Part shown: positions 1 through 10,552 of the stretch, piece after piece
How positions within the stretch are numbered: the stretch's first letter is position 1
Layout of the letters: each line of letters begins with the position of its first letter
DNA from: an uncultured Gammaproteobacteria bacterium
GTDB lineage: Bacteria; Patescibacteriota; Microgenomatia; UBA12405
DNA: 64,000 bases
Assembly: GCA_964503465.1 (NCBI GenBank)
Contig: CAZCYZ010000001.1
Coordinates: 405,898 to 469,897, forward strand
Reading direction: 5' to 3'
Notes under the pieces: model-generated
What the model was told of the DNA's origin: nothing
What the model saw: only the letters and a program-made list of their open reading frames with translations
Databases searched by the model: none
Program-made: the position numbers and the translations under genes

Positions 1-1
1 T

Positions 2-1252
2 GACATTGTAATTGCCATTTCTATCCTCGTTTGGCTTAGTTATCAAATTGGCCATAAATTACCCGTCTTAAAGCAAAAAATAACTTGGTTTTTTATTATC
101 TACTTTCTTTGCTTAACAACCTCAACTATTACTGCTGTCCTTGTTTACCAAACAGAGCCAACCAACATTCTCTTTCTCCATCTCTTTCGCCGTTTCCAGT
201 ACACCTCACTATTCTTCATTGCCTGCCAGGCCATCAAAAATCTTAAAGATTTAAAGTTCCCATACATTTTTCTTCTTATTAGCTCAATCTTCATCTCTTT
301 TTACGGCTATGGTCAAAAATATTTTCACTTTCCGGTCATTTCTACTATGAACTCCGAGTTCTCTAAGGGTCAGTTGCTTGAAATGAATGTTTGGACTCGT
401 GTTAGCTCGACCTTTGCTGGACACTATGATTTAGCCGCTTTCTACAGTGTTGCCCTAGTTTTAATCCTTGGAATTATTATCATTCAAAAAAACAACCTTC
501 ACAAAGCTTTAGGGTTAATCATTTGGTTTATCGGTTTTCAGATCCTCACTTTTACCGCTTCCCGAATTTCTATCTTTGCTTTCTGGGGTGGGGGAATGTT
601 ACTTCTCCTACTTCTTCGTCGATATCTTTTAATCATCCCTCTATCGATCTTGGTTATCAGTAGCTTTCTAACATCCAAAGATCTAAACCAAAGATTAATC
701 GCCACCATTGGCAGTGTTCATCTTCCCAATATCAACACTACCAAATCCACCAACCCAACCGCCGTTCCTACTGCGCAGATCTTTCCCACTCAAACTACCG
801 GCGGTAAGTTAGTTACTCCCATTCCCACTGTCGTTCATCATGGTCCATTGGAAGAAACCACCCCCATCGACGTCGATGCCGGTGTTGCTCGTTCAGGCGA
901 AATTCGTTTTAATGTTGAGTGGCCTCGTGCCATCAATGCTTTCCGTAAAAATCCACTAAGTGGCAGTGGACTGGGCTCAATCACTCTAGCCACCGACAAT
1001 GACTACCTTCGTGTCCTGGGAGAATCAGGCCTTGTTGGCTTTATTTCTTTTGGCATGATCATTTTCTTTTTTATTGTAAAGTCATTCCCCCTGAAACATA
1101 ACTTAACCATTATTTTCTTCTGCGGCCTCCTGACTATGTTGGCCAACGCTATTTTTATTGATGTTTTTGAGGCCTCAAAAACCGCTTATCTATTCTGGTT
1201 AATGATGGGCATCTACTATCAGATTCTTCAACTGAAATCCTCAAAATCATGA
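2..1252 (+). CDS. O-antigen ligase/polymerase (Wzy/WaaL-like) membrane protein, 5' truncated by the window edge
   Basis: Frame is open from position 2, upstream of the ORF-track start at 347. Multi-TM protein with RVSSTF, TASR, W..AI.AF..NPL.GSGLGS and DNDYLRVLGESGLVG motifs. Confidence 0.75.
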   Translation, partial: DIVIAISILVWLSYQIGHKLPVLKQKITWFFIIYFLCLTTSTITAVLVYQTEPTNILFLHLFRRFQYTSLFFIACQAIKNLKDLKFPYIFLLISSIFISFYGYGQKYFHFPVISTMNSEFSKGQLLEMNVWTRVSSTFAGHYDLAAFYSVALVLILGIIIIQKNNLHKALGLIIWFIGFQILTFTASRISIFAFWGGGMLLLLLLRRYLLIIPLSILVISSFLTSKDLNQRLIATIGSVHLPNINTTKSTNPTAVPTAQIFPTQTTGGKLVTPIPTVVHHGPLEETTPIDVDAGVARSGEIRFNVEWPRAINAFRKNPLSGSGLGSITLATDNDYLRVLGESGLVGFISFGMIIFFFIVKSFPLKHNLTIIFFCGLLTMLANAIFIDVFEASKTAYLFWLMMGIYYQILQLKSSKS

Positions 1253-2718
1253 CCTTAACTCAAAAAACTTTTCTTACAATTATTTTTCTCTTTGGTTTTT
1301 TCGTCCGCCTGTACAAAATCAATAATCCCATTGCCGATTGGCATTCCCACCGTCAAGCCGACACTGCTTCCGTTACCAACAACTTCCTCTCCTCTGGAAT
1401 CGATCTTTTTCGCCCTACCTATCACGACCTCTCCAATATCCAATCAGGCATTGATAATCCTTACGGTTATCGTTTTGTTGAATTTCCAATCTATAACCTT
1501 CTCTCATATTTCAGCGCCAAAATATTTCCATTCACCCCAGAAATTAGCTATCGGCTAACCTCGATCCTTCTATCACTCATTAGTGCCTGGCTAGTTTTTC
1601 TAATCACCAAAAAACTTACTTCCAACGTTACCCCTGCAATCATTTCCAGCTTTATCTTCCTTTCCCTCCCCTTCAATATCTACTATTCCCGGGCCATCCT
1701 TCCCGAACCACTCGCAATTTTATTAATGCTTGCCAGTCTTTATTTTTTTTTAAACCTCAATTTCTTTACTGCCACAACCTCTCTAGCCCTTGGTCTTACT
1801 ATCAAACCATACATTGGTTTGATTCTGTTCCCTATCATTCTTACCATTATCGCTATTCACCCAAAAATCTTTTTTCAAAAAAACAAAATCATTTACCACG
1901 TTCTACTACTTTCAACCTCACTTTTACCTTTCCTTCTTTGGCGAAAATGGATGCTTAATTTCCCCGAAGGTATTCCTGCCAACAACTGGCTCCTTAATAA
2001 CAACAACGCCAGTACCTTCCCCGACTGGTACCACGGTTATCATATTGGTTTTCTCAATAAGATTGTCGCCTTTCGACCATATTGGTTTAATTGGTTGTTT
2101 TCAGAAAGACTAGCCAGACTTATTTTAGGATCTTTTGGATTAATTCCATTTTTTCTTGGTCTCGCTCTTCAGGCCAAAAATCTCCAAAAATATCTCCTTT
2201 CCCTTATCGCTGGCATCCTCCTTTATTTTGTCATCATTGCCGGCGGCAACATCCAACACGATTATTACCAATCCCTAATTAGCCCCTTCATTAGCATTAT
2301 TACTGGCCTTGGATATTATTACATTTTCAAGTTTCTTTTCAAAAACAAAATTTTTGCTACTTTGTCAGCCCTAACCATTTTCTCCCTTTCTACCTATTTT
2401 TCAGCTAATCTCATCAAAGAATATTACAACATAAATAACCCAAACATTATCACTGCTGGCCAAACAGCTGACAAGCTCCTACCCAAAAATGCTTTAGTAA
2501 TCGCTCCATATAATGGCGATACAGCCTTCTTGTACCAAATTCATCGCTCCGGCTGGCCACTCGAAATCTACGATCTTGATAGTCTAAAATCAAAACATCC
2601 AAAAAACCCTATCTACCTAGTGTCAATCAACAATGACACCTATACCAACAACCTTGTCCAGAAATATCCCAGCCTAACTAAAACTAACCAACTTATAATC
2701 CTAGAAATAACCAAGTGA
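1249..2718 (+). CDS. GT-C fold glycosyltransferase (ArnT/PMT-like, GT39/GT83-like)
   Basis: Multi-TM protein; N-terminal loop DWHSHRQADT, EFPIY, YYSRAILPE; ATGA overlap with the upstream gene. Confidence 0.7.
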   Translation: MTLTQKTFLTIIFLFGFFVRLYKINNPIADWHSHRQADTASVTNNFLSSGIDLFRPTYHDLSNIQSGIDNPYGYRFVEFPIYNLLSYFSAKIFPFTPEISYRLTSILLSLISAWLVFLITKKLTSNVTPAIISSFIFLSLPFNIYYSRAILPEPLAILLMLASLYFFLNLNFFTATTSLALGLTIKPYIGLILFPIILTIIAIHPKIFFQKNKIIYHVLLLSTSLLPFLLWRKWMLNFPEGIPANNWLLNNNNASTFPDWYHGYHIGFLNKIVAFRPYWFNWLFSERLARLILGSFGLIPFFLGLALQAKNLQKYLLSLIAGILLYFVIIAGGNIQHDYYQSLISPFISIITGLGYYYIFKFLFKNKIFATLSALTIFSLSTYFSANLIKEYYNINNPNIITAGQTADKLLPKNALVIAPYNGDTAFLYQIHRSGWPLEIYDLDSLKSKHPKNPIYLVSINNDTYTNNLVQKYPSLTKTNQLIILEITK

Positions 2719-3920
2719 CCAAAAGAAAAATATTAATGATCACCCCCTACATACCCAGATTATCCCAATCTGGTGGTCAGAGGAGTTCGTTCTATTCCAT
2801 AAAATACCTTGCCCCAAAAAATGATATTACCCTGATTTGTTTTAGCCGAGACGAAGAGGGGCTCCAGGAAGTCAAAAAATATTGCCAAAAAGTCGTCGTT
2901 GTCAAACGAGCTAAAACTTGGGATCTAAAAAAAATTATCGCTACCGCCCTTAGTCCATATCCTTTCCTGGTCGTCAATTACATCAACGAAGACTTTAAAA
3001 AAGCTATTCAAACCGAAGTTGACAGTCAAAAATTTGATTTGATTCATTGTGACTGTTTCTACCCTATGCCAAACATTCCCAAAACCCAAATTCCCGTTGT
3101 TTTAGTTGACCTCACTATTGAATATGCTGTCTACCAACACTATGTTCAAAGTCTAACCGGTTGGAAAAAAATTCTCACCCCACTTCTCTGGATTGACGTT
3201 CTTAAACTTAAATACTGGGAAACATATTACTGGAAAAATACCCATACCGTCGTGGCCTTTGGCCTCGAGGACCAAAAAATAATCTCCTCCATTACTGGCA
3301 GGAAAGATATCAAATATTTTCAAAATGGCGTTGATCAAAAATATATTGATGCCCCCCAAAAAACCAATAAATCCACCAACCCAACCATTCTTTTTGGTGT
3401 TTCTAACATGAAATGGATGCAAAACCGTGAATCAGCCCAATTAATCCTACAAAATTACTGGCCAGAAATAAAAAAACAAATCCCCAACTGCCAACTTTAT
3501 ATTGTCGGTAGGTTTGCTCCTGAATTTTTTGGCAAATACAGTAATTCCGACATCATTGTCACCGAGGCCGACATTGACGGTCAACCCCACGATCCTCAAT
3601 ACTACTATGAATATTGCTGGCTTTTATTAGCCCCCATGGGTAGTGGTGGCGGCACTCGCAATAAATTCCTAGAAGGAATGACATTTGGCCTCCCAGTTAT
3701 CACCACCTCAGAAGGCGGTATGGGCAGTATTCGCATCAAAAACTATCAAGACGCTATTGTTTGTTCTGCCCAAAAGGTCATTCCTCAAACCCTAAAACTT
3801 ATTAACAACCGTCGTCTTCGTCAACAAATTGGACGTAACGCCAGAAAACTAATTAAGACTAATTATTCATTTGAAAAATGTGTCGAAGGTCTAAATCAAA
3901 TCTATGACCAAATCGCCTAA
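2715..3920 (+). CDS. Glycosyltransferase family 4
   Basis: KILMITPY..GG start; C-terminal GGGTRNKFLEGMTFGLPVITT. Confidence 0.85.
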   Translation: MTKRKILMITPYIPRLSQSGGQRSSFYSIKYLAPKNDITLICFSRDEEGLQEVKKYCQKVVVVKRAKTWDLKKIIATALSPYPFLVVNYINEDFKKAIQTEVDSQKFDLIHCDCFYPMPNIPKTQIPVVLVDLTIEYAVYQHYVQSLTGWKKILTPLLWIDVLKLKYWETYYWKNTHTVVAFGLEDQKIISSITGRKDIKYFQNGVDQKYIDAPQKTNKSTNPTILFGVSNMKWMQNRESAQLILQNYWPEIKKQIPNCQLYIVGRFAPEFFGKYSNSDIIVTEADIDGQPHDPQYYYEYCWLLLAPMGSGGGTRNKFLEGMTFGLPVITTSEGGMGSIRIKNYQDAIVCSAQKVIPQTLKLINNRRLRQQIGRNARKLIKTNYSFEKCVEGLNQIYDQIA

Positions 3921-4836
3921 CCTCTCCATTATCATCCTTTACTACAACTCAAAAGAATATCTCGATAAATGTCTAACGAGTCTGGCCAAGTCAAAACTTG
4001 GTAACTATCGCATTGAAACCGTTGTTGTTAACAATGGAGCCACCGACGGTATTGTCGCTCGGGCTGAAAGAAAATTTCAACACAATCATGTTATTCATCC
4101 TATTTTTACCTATTCACCAACCAACTTGGGTTTTTCAGCTGGCAGCAATTTTGGTCTTAAACAGACCAATCCTGAGTCTGACTATGTCCTATTTGTTAAC
4201 GACGATACCACTTTTTTCCCCAACACTATTAAAAATTTTCTTGATTTTGTCATCAAACATCCCCAGGTCGACGCCTCAACTGGCAATGTTATCCTGGCTT
4301 CAACTGGTAAACTAGCCCCCGAAACTCATCGTGGTTTTCCCACCCCGTGGAATACATTCTGGTACTTTTTTGGATTAGGTATTCCCAAACTCTTCCCTCA
4401 CCTGAAGGTCTTTCACGGCTATCTTAACGATTACAAGGATTACACCACCACTCAAAAAATAGACTGCTGCCAAGGATGCTTTTTACTTCTTAAACGAAAG
4501 GTGGGGGATACAGTTGGCTGGTGGAATGAAAAATACTTTCTTCAAGGTGAAGACCTTGATCTCTGCTACCAACTTCGTCGTCATCACTTTAATCTTTATT
4601 TTTACCCAAAAGCAAGAATTGTTCATTACCACGGAGTCAGTTCTGGTATTCAAAAAACCAAGTCAGCTGCTTCAAGGGAAACTCGTATTCGTTCGGCCAT
4701 AGCTTCTACTCAAGCTATGAGGATCTTTTATCAAGAAAATCTCATGGTCAACTACCCCAAACCACTTCACTGGCTTATTTTAACAGGGATTAAACTTTTA
4801 GAAGTTTCTCGAGTTGTCAAGGCAAAATGGCTCTAA
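3904..4836 (+). CDS. Glycosyltransferase family 2 (WbbL-like)
   Basis: LSIIILYYN, NLGFSAGSN, LFVNDD, EKYFLQGEDLDLC. Confidence 0.85.
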   Translation: MTKSPNLSIIILYYNSKEYLDKCLTSLAKSKLGNYRIETVVVNNGATDGIVARAERKFQHNHVIHPIFTYSPTNLGFSAGSNFGLKQTNPESDYVLFVNDDTTFFPNTIKNFLDFVIKHPQVDASTGNVILASTGKLAPETHRGFPTPWNTFWYFFGLGIPKLFPHLKVFHGYLNDYKDYTTTQKIDCCQGCFLLLKRKVGDTVGWWNEKYFLQGEDLDLCYQLRRHHFNLYFYPKARIVHYHGVSSGIQKTKSAASRETRIRSAIASTQAMRIFYQENLMVNYPKPLHWLILTGIKLLEVSRVVKAKWL

Positions 4837-5903
4837 CAAAACATATTGTTATTGATGCCCGACTTTATGGAACCAGCCACACCGGTATTGGCCGCTATAC
4901 CAAAAACCTGCTTCTCAACCTCCCCCCCCGCTTTCACTATACCCTGCTCATCTATCCCGAACTAGCCACAGAAATAAAACACGACCTGGGAACAAAATTC
5001 AGTTATCTCACTACCAACATCCGCCATTACTCCTTCACAGAACAGCTGAAGTTACCACTTCTTTTGGCGTCATTAAAACCCGATCTGGTTCATTTTACTC
5101 ACTTTAGCAAACCGATCTTTTATTTTGGTAGATCCATTGTCACTGTCCACGATCTAATTCGTCACTCTTCCAGGGGCATACACACCACTACCAAAAACCC
5201 ATTAATTTATTGGTTTAAGTACCTTGGATATCTGATTCAGTCTCAAATTATTTTTAAACGCGATCACATTATTGTCCCCAGCCACTACTGGCGCAACCAC
5301 CTCATCAATCACTACCACATCAACCCCAGCAAAATTACCACCACCCACGAGGCGGTTGATCCAAAATTTCTCTCCATCCAAAAGCCACCCACTACCAACC
5401 CAAAATCATATATTGTCTATACTGGAAACCTTTATCCTCACAAAAACCTCTCCGTCGTCCTCCAAGCTCTAAAATCTCTTCCCCATTTAAAGCTCAAAAT
5501 CATTTGCAGCCGAAGTGTCTTCAAGGAAAGAATTCACTCTCCCCAGGTTGAATTCTTAGGTTTCATCAAAGACGAACAATTCAGAAACATTTATCAATCA
5601 GCCCTAGCCCTAGTTCATCCAGCCCTAATTGAAGGCTTTAGTTTAACCGGACTTGAAGCAATGGCCCTAAACTGTCCAGTTATAGCCAGTAACTCTACTT
5701 GTATTCCCGAAATCTACGGACCGGCCGCTCTCTATTTTGACCCCCACTCACCCTCGCAACTAACAAAACAGATTAAAACCCTCATTGAATACCCTCGACT
5801 TCGACATACTCTAATTTCTTTGGGTCATCAACAAATCCAAAAATATTCCTGGGCCAAAACTGCTTCAGAAACCGCTAAAACCTATGAACAGATCCTCGCC
5901 TAA
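4827..5903 (+). CDS. Glycosyltransferase family 4 (mannosyltransferase-like)
   Basis: IDAR..TGIGRY, TVHDL, EGFSLTGLEAMALNCPVIAS. Confidence 0.85.
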   Translation: MALTKHIVIDARLYGTSHTGIGRYTKNLLLNLPPRFHYTLLIYPELATEIKHDLGTKFSYLTTNIRHYSFTEQLKLPLLLASLKPDLVHFTHFSKPIFYFGRSIVTVHDLIRHSSRGIHTTTKNPLIYWFKYLGYLIQSQIIFKRDHIIVPSHYWRNHLINHYHINPSKITTTHEAVDPKFLSIQKPPTTNPKSYIVYTGNLYPHKNLSVVLQALKSLPHLKLKIICSRSVFKERIHSPQVEFLGFIKDEQFRNIYQSALALVHPALIEGFSLTGLEAMALNCPVIASNSTCIPEIYGPAALYFDPHSPSQLTKQIKTLIEYPRLRHTLISLGHQQIQKYSWAKTASETAKTYEQILA

Positions 5904-6966
5904 AGTCGCCATCTTTTACGACTGGCTTAATCAATGGGGCGGAGCTGAAAGAGTTTTAATCGACATTCTTAAGATCTATCCTTCCGCCCACCTTTACACT
6001 CTGGTTTTTAATCCAAAAAAAACATCTTGGTTACCATTCAGAACTAAAGTCTTTACTACCTCAATTAACCACCTTCCCCACGCCCATAGCAACCCAATTA
6101 TTTACACTCCACTCTACACCATCGCCCTCAAACGACTTGATCTATCAGCCTACGATATCATTATCTCCACCACCTCCACCATCGGTCACCAGTTAACCAC
6201 ATCAAAAAAACAATTATACGTCTGCTACTTTCACAACATCAACCGATATCTCTACTACACGCCTCCAAAATATCTGCTCCTCAAGCCATTCCTCAAAATT
6301 TATCAGCTATTAGACACCAGGCTCGCTCTCAATCCCAACCACTTACTTTGCAATTCAAAAACCGTTCAGCAAAGGATTGAGTGTCACTATCATCGCCAAG
6401 CTCAAATAATTCACCCTGGTGTTAACGTTAAAGAATTTATTCCAGTTGCACACCCATCCAATGATTACTTTTTGATAGTTTCCAGGTTGGTTACCCACAA
6501 AAATATCGATCTGGCTATCCACGCCTGCCAATCCCTCAGACTACCATTAAAAATTGTTGGTATTGGCCGTGAATCAGCACGCTTAAAAAATATTTCTACC
6601 AAAACAACCCAATTCTTAGGACAGGTTGATCATCAACAGTTAATAAATCTCTATCAAAACTGTCTTGCCTTAATTCACCCTCAGGTCGAAGACTTTGGCC
6701 TAACTTCACTCGAGGTTCAGTCGTGTGGTAAACCAGTTATTGCCCTTCGATCAGGGGGTGCCACTGAGACAGTCATTAATCGACAAACTGGTATTTTTTT
6801 TAATCATCCAACCACCCAATCACTCACCCGGGCAGTTAAAAACTTCAAATCAGCTAAATTCTCTCCCACTGCCTGCAGAAACCAGGCGATTCGGTTTTCC
6901 CAAAATAACTTTATGCTAAACTTTAAAAATACCATCGACGCCTTATGGCAAGCTCACATTTCATAG
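5884..6966 (+). CDS. Glycosyltransferase family 4 (WbaZ-like)
   Basis: KVAIFYDWLNQWGGAERV, VSRLVTHK, EDFGLTSLEVQSCGKPVIA. Confidence 0.85.
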   Translation: MNRSSPKVAIFYDWLNQWGGAERVLIDILKIYPSAHLYTLVFNPKKTSWLPFRTKVFTTSINHLPHAHSNPIIYTPLYTIALKRLDLSAYDIIISTTSTIGHQLTTSKKQLYVCYFHNINRYLYYTPPKYLLLKPFLKIYQLLDTRLALNPNHLLCNSKTVQQRIECHYHRQAQIIHPGVNVKEFIPVAHPSNDYFLIVSRLVTHKNIDLAIHACQSLRLPLKIVGIGRESARLKNISTKTTQFLGQVDHQQLINLYQNCLALIHPQVEDFGLTSLEVQSCGKPVIALRSGGATETVINRQTGIFFNHPTTQSLTRAVKNFKSAKFSPTACRNQAIRFSQNNFMLNFKNTIDALWQAHIS

Positions 6967-7979
6967 TTATTCTTTGCGGCGGCACCGGACCTCGTCTCTG
7001 GCCACTTTCCCGTGCCGACAATCCTAAGCCCTTTCTCAAGCTACTTTCATCCCAATCTCTACTTCAAAACACCTACCGCCGAGCCCAAAAAATAGTTCCC
7101 AAAGACCACATTTTTTTTGTTACCAACCAAAGTTACGCCTCCAGAATCAAGGGGCAAATCGCCAACCCCAAACTCATTCTTGAACCTCAAAAAAAGAATA
7201 CTACCCTAGCCATCCTTCATGCTACCGCCGTCATTAAAAACATTAATCCTCAAGCCATTATCACCATCTTTCCTTCCGATCATTTCATCGGAAACCTCAA
7301 TGTTTTTAAATCCCAAATCGAAGAAGCCGTCAAACTTGCCACCGAGAAAAATCTTATCATCATCTTTGGTATCCACCCCGCCTCACCCGACTTATCTTAC
7401 GGATACTTTCTTCCCCCTCACAAATTCCTTGAAAAACCAGATCTCAAAACTGCCACCAAACTAATTTCCCAAGGTGCCTATTGGAATTCTGGTATTTACA
7501 CTTTCTCCGTCAATACAATTGAATCAGAAATCGCCCACCTTAACCCAGAGTACTTCAAACTTTATCAACAGTTACTCCAATTCAAAAACGCCAAAAATAT
7601 CTATCAAGCTTCTCCGAATCTACCTATCGACAAAGTTGTCTCTGAAAAGTCAAAAAAAATAACTATGATCAAAGCTAAATTTAACTGGAACGATATAGGT
7701 GAATGGAAATCAGTTTACCAACAAGTTGGTCAAAACTTCTCTACTCTCGGAAAAACCAAATTTCTTCAGATTGACTCAAGAAAATGTCTTCTTTCGGCCG
7801 ATCCATCAAAGCTAATCGGTCTCGTTGGGGTCAACAATCTGGCTATTATTGATACCCCCAACGCCTTATTGATTTGCAACATCGCCCAAGATGACAGCTT
7901 TCATGTCCGTGATCTGGTTTCTCAAATTGTCGCCGACCCTAAAACTAAAAACTACTTTTTAAAGTCAACCAAAAAATGA
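6945..7979 (+). CDS. manC: Mannose-1-phosphate guanylyltransferase
   Basis: VILCGGTGPRLWPLSRADNPKPF, EPQKKNT, PSDH, FLEKP, WNSG, WNDIGEW. Confidence 0.9.
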   Translation: MASSHFIVILCGGTGPRLWPLSRADNPKPFLKLLSSQSLLQNTYRRAQKIVPKDHIFFVTNQSYASRIKGQIANPKLILEPQKKNTTLAILHATAVIKNINPQAIITIFPSDHFIGNLNVFKSQIEEAVKLATEKNLIIIFGIHPASPDLSYGYFLPPHKFLEKPDLKTATKLISQGAYWNSGIYTFSVNTIESEIAHLNPEYFKLYQQLLQFKNAKNIYQASPNLPIDKVVSEKSKKITMIKAKFNWNDIGEWKSVYQQVGQNFSTLGKTKFLQIDSRKCLLSADPSKLIGLVGVNNLAIIDTPNALLICNIAQDDSFHVRDLVSQIVADPKTKNYFLKSTKK

Positions 7980-8626
7980 AAGACAAATCCTTCTTTCTGA
8001 TTAAAAGACTAATTGATATTGTTAGCTCTATTTTTCTCCTCGCACTCTTTTCACCTATTCTAATCATTGTCTCAATTGTCATCAAAATCACTTCAGAAGG
8101 GCCAATCTTACTTCGCCAAAAGCGAGTCGGTAACGGTGGTGAATTTATCATGTACAAGTTTCGTTCAATGTACAACGGCAACAAATACAAAAATGACATG
8201 GACGCCTTTCTCAAAGATAATTATCCCGAACTTTGGAAAAAATATATTAATAACGACTGGAAATTACCGATGGACGAGGACCCGCGTATCACTCCAATCG
8301 GCCGTTTTATCAGAAAAACCTCAATCGATGAAATGCCACAGTTTATTAATGTTCTTCTCGGTAACATGAGTCTGGTTGGCCCTCGAGCCTACCGCAAAGA
8401 AGAGATCGAAGGATACGGAAAAAAATACCCCCAAACCCAAAAACATATCGCCATTATAAGATCGAATAAACCCGGTATCACCGGACCATGGCAAACGTCT
8501 GGTCGCAACGAAATGAATTTTGAACAACGAGCCAAACTCGACGCCACTTATCTTCAGAACCATTCTTTATTACAAGAAGTCTGGATCATCCTCAAAACCC
8601 CATTTTCCATGCTTTCGCGCTGGTAA
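7976..8626 (+). CDS. Polyprenyl-phosphate sugar phosphotransferase (priming glycosyltransferase)
   Basis: KRLIDI, YKFRSM, DPRITPIGRFIRKTSIDEMPQFINVLLGNMSLVGPR, KPGITGPWQ. Confidence 0.9.
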   Translation: MKDKSFFLIKRLIDIVSSIFLLALFSPILIIVSIVIKITSEGPILLRQKRVGNGGEFIMYKFRSMYNGNKYKNDMDAFLKDNYPELWKKYINNDWKLPMDEDPRITPIGRFIRKTSIDEMPQFINVLLGNMSLVGPRAYRKEEIEGYGKKYPQTQKHIAIIRSNKPGITGPWQTSGRNEMNFEQRAKLDATYLQNHSLLQEVWIILKTPFSMLSRW

Positions 8627-8656
8627 CTCTTTCCAACTTATTATAAACTTTATACT

Positions 8657-10552
8657 ATGCCAAATCGTAAAGCCAAAATTATCCGTTTTTTAATTTCCTT
8701 CGTTTCAATCGTTGTTATTCTACTTACTATCGTCGGCACTCTCGGTTTTTTTACTGTCTTTATCCCAGCCAAGGCCACTTTCAATCAAGTTAAACTTGTT
8801 GAGAAAGAAGCTCAGAACCTAAAACTTGCCGTTAGCGATAAAAATATCGACCAAGTAAAAGATGAACTAACTAAAATCTCCGCCCAGGTAAAACAAATTG
8901 AGCAATCCTATCAACGTTTGTCTTTTTTAGCCAAAATACCCATCACCAAAGACTATTATCAAGACGGACTCTTGACCATTTCTATTGCCAATGACGCTCT
9001 TGATACCAGTAATATACTAATTACTGCCATTGAACCCTATAAAGATTTTCTCGGAATTAAAGGGGGTTCTACCGACAGCGGCAAAACAACTGAAGACAGA
9101 ATCGCCTTCTTAACCCAATCGGTTGAAAGTCTAATACCCCACCTTGATCAAATCGAAAAGAAAATCGCCTCAATTGATAGCTCTGTTCAAAAAATAAACC
9201 CAAGCCGATATCCGGAAGAATATAAGGGAACCCAAATCAGATCTAACATACTTAAAGCTCAAGAAATTATTAGTCAAGCCCACCTTCTTATTAAAAATGG
9301 TCAACCCATTCTGGCCAAAACCCCATGGCTTCTGGGCAAAGACGCTCCACGAACCTACTTAATGATATTTCAAAATGACGCCGAACTCCGACCCACTGGG
9401 GGATTTTGGACCGCCTATGGTTCGATTCGTGTTGATAAAGGAAAAATTACCCCTCTCTCTTCGGACGACATCTACAACCTCGATGCCAAATTTAACAGCA
9501 CCATCCCCGCACCAAGAGCCATCAAAACCTACCACATCAACGTTCCCTACTGGAACATTCGCGACATGAATATTTCACCAGATTTTCCAACCAGCATCAA
9601 ACTTTTTCTAGAAAAGTACCAACAACTCGGCAATCGCGAGAAAATTGATGCTGTCATCGGAATTGATACTCAAGTTTTGGTTGATATTGTTAAAGTAATT
9701 GGACGAGTCGGGGTGCCAGGTTGGGGTAATTTTTCAGCTGACCCAGACAAACGTTGCGACGGCTGCCCGCAAATCATCTACCAACTCGAATGGTTAGCCG
9801 GTCGTCCCCGTAATTACATCGAAAAAGACCGAAAGGGGTTCTTAAGTCCGCTAATTCACTCACTTCTTAGCAATGCCATGGGGGCAGAAAAAAGTAAGCT
9901 CACCCCATTAGTTCAAGCCATGGCTACAGACATATATCAAAAACACATACTTCTCTACTTTACCGACCCCACCGTTCAGTTAGCTGCCGAAAATGCCAAC
10001 ATAGCCGGCAAAATAGTTAACACACCCAATGAGGTGGACTATTTTCACCTGAGTCAAGCCAACATGAGCAGTGCCAAAACCAATCTTTTTTTAAAAACAA
10101 AAATTAAACACGAAATTATCTCGACTAACAATAAAATCGAACACAAGGTTAGTGTCACCTACCAAAATCCGTCAAAAGCATCGAACTGTAACCTAGAAAA
10201 AGGGGATCTGTGCCTTAACGCTCCCAAATACCGTGAATGGTTTCGATTTTTCACCCATCCTAACTCTAGCCTGGTTAAAATGACTGGTTCCGAAGTTGAA
10301 CCTGTTATCTATGATGAACTAGGGAAAAAAGTTTTCGAGGGTTTCTTTGGCGAAAAATACCCACTCTATGCTCAATCCAACCTTAAGACCTCAATTCAAT
10401 ACATCAGCGGTGTCAGTCCGAGTCAGAAATATTCACTCTACCTCCAGAAGCAACCCGGAACAAAAGCCATTGACTATGAACTAATTGTCAATGGCAAGGA
10501 ATTCGAAAAATTTAGTTGGGATGCCGACCGAACGCTCAAAATCCCGTTGTAA
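8657..10552 (+). CDS. DUF4012-like membrane-anchored protein
   Basis: N-terminal TM followed by a helical region; YLMIFQNDAELRPTGGF, RDMNISPDFPTS, QKQPG motifs. Confidence 0.75.
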   Translation: MPNRKAKIIRFLISFVSIVVILLTIVGTLGFFTVFIPAKATFNQVKLVEKEAQNLKLAVSDKNIDQVKDELTKISAQVKQIEQSYQRLSFLAKIPITKDYYQDGLLTISIANDALDTSNILITAIEPYKDFLGIKGGSTDSGKTTEDRIAFLTQSVESLIPHLDQIEKKIASIDSSVQKINPSRYPEEYKGTQIRSNILKAQEIISQAHLLIKNGQPILAKTPWLLGKDAPRTYLMIFQNDAELRPTGGFWTAYGSIRVDKGKITPLSSDDIYNLDAKFNSTIPAPRAIKTYHINVPYWNIRDMNISPDFPTSIKLFLEKYQQLGNREKIDAVIGIDTQVLVDIVKVIGRVGVPGWGNFSADPDKRCDGCPQIIYQLEWLAGRPRNYIEKDRKGFLSPLIHSLLSNAMGAEKSKLTPLVQAMATDIYQKHILLYFTDPTVQLAAENANIAGKIVNTPNEVDYFHLSQANMSSAKTNLFLKTKIKHEIISTNNKIEHKVSVTYQNPSKASNCNLEKGDLCLNAPKYREWFRFFTHPNSSLVKMTGSEVEPVIYDELGKKVFEGFFGEKYPLYAQSNLKTSIQYISGVSPSQKYSLYLQKQPGTKAIDYELIVNGKEFEKFSWDADRTLKIPL

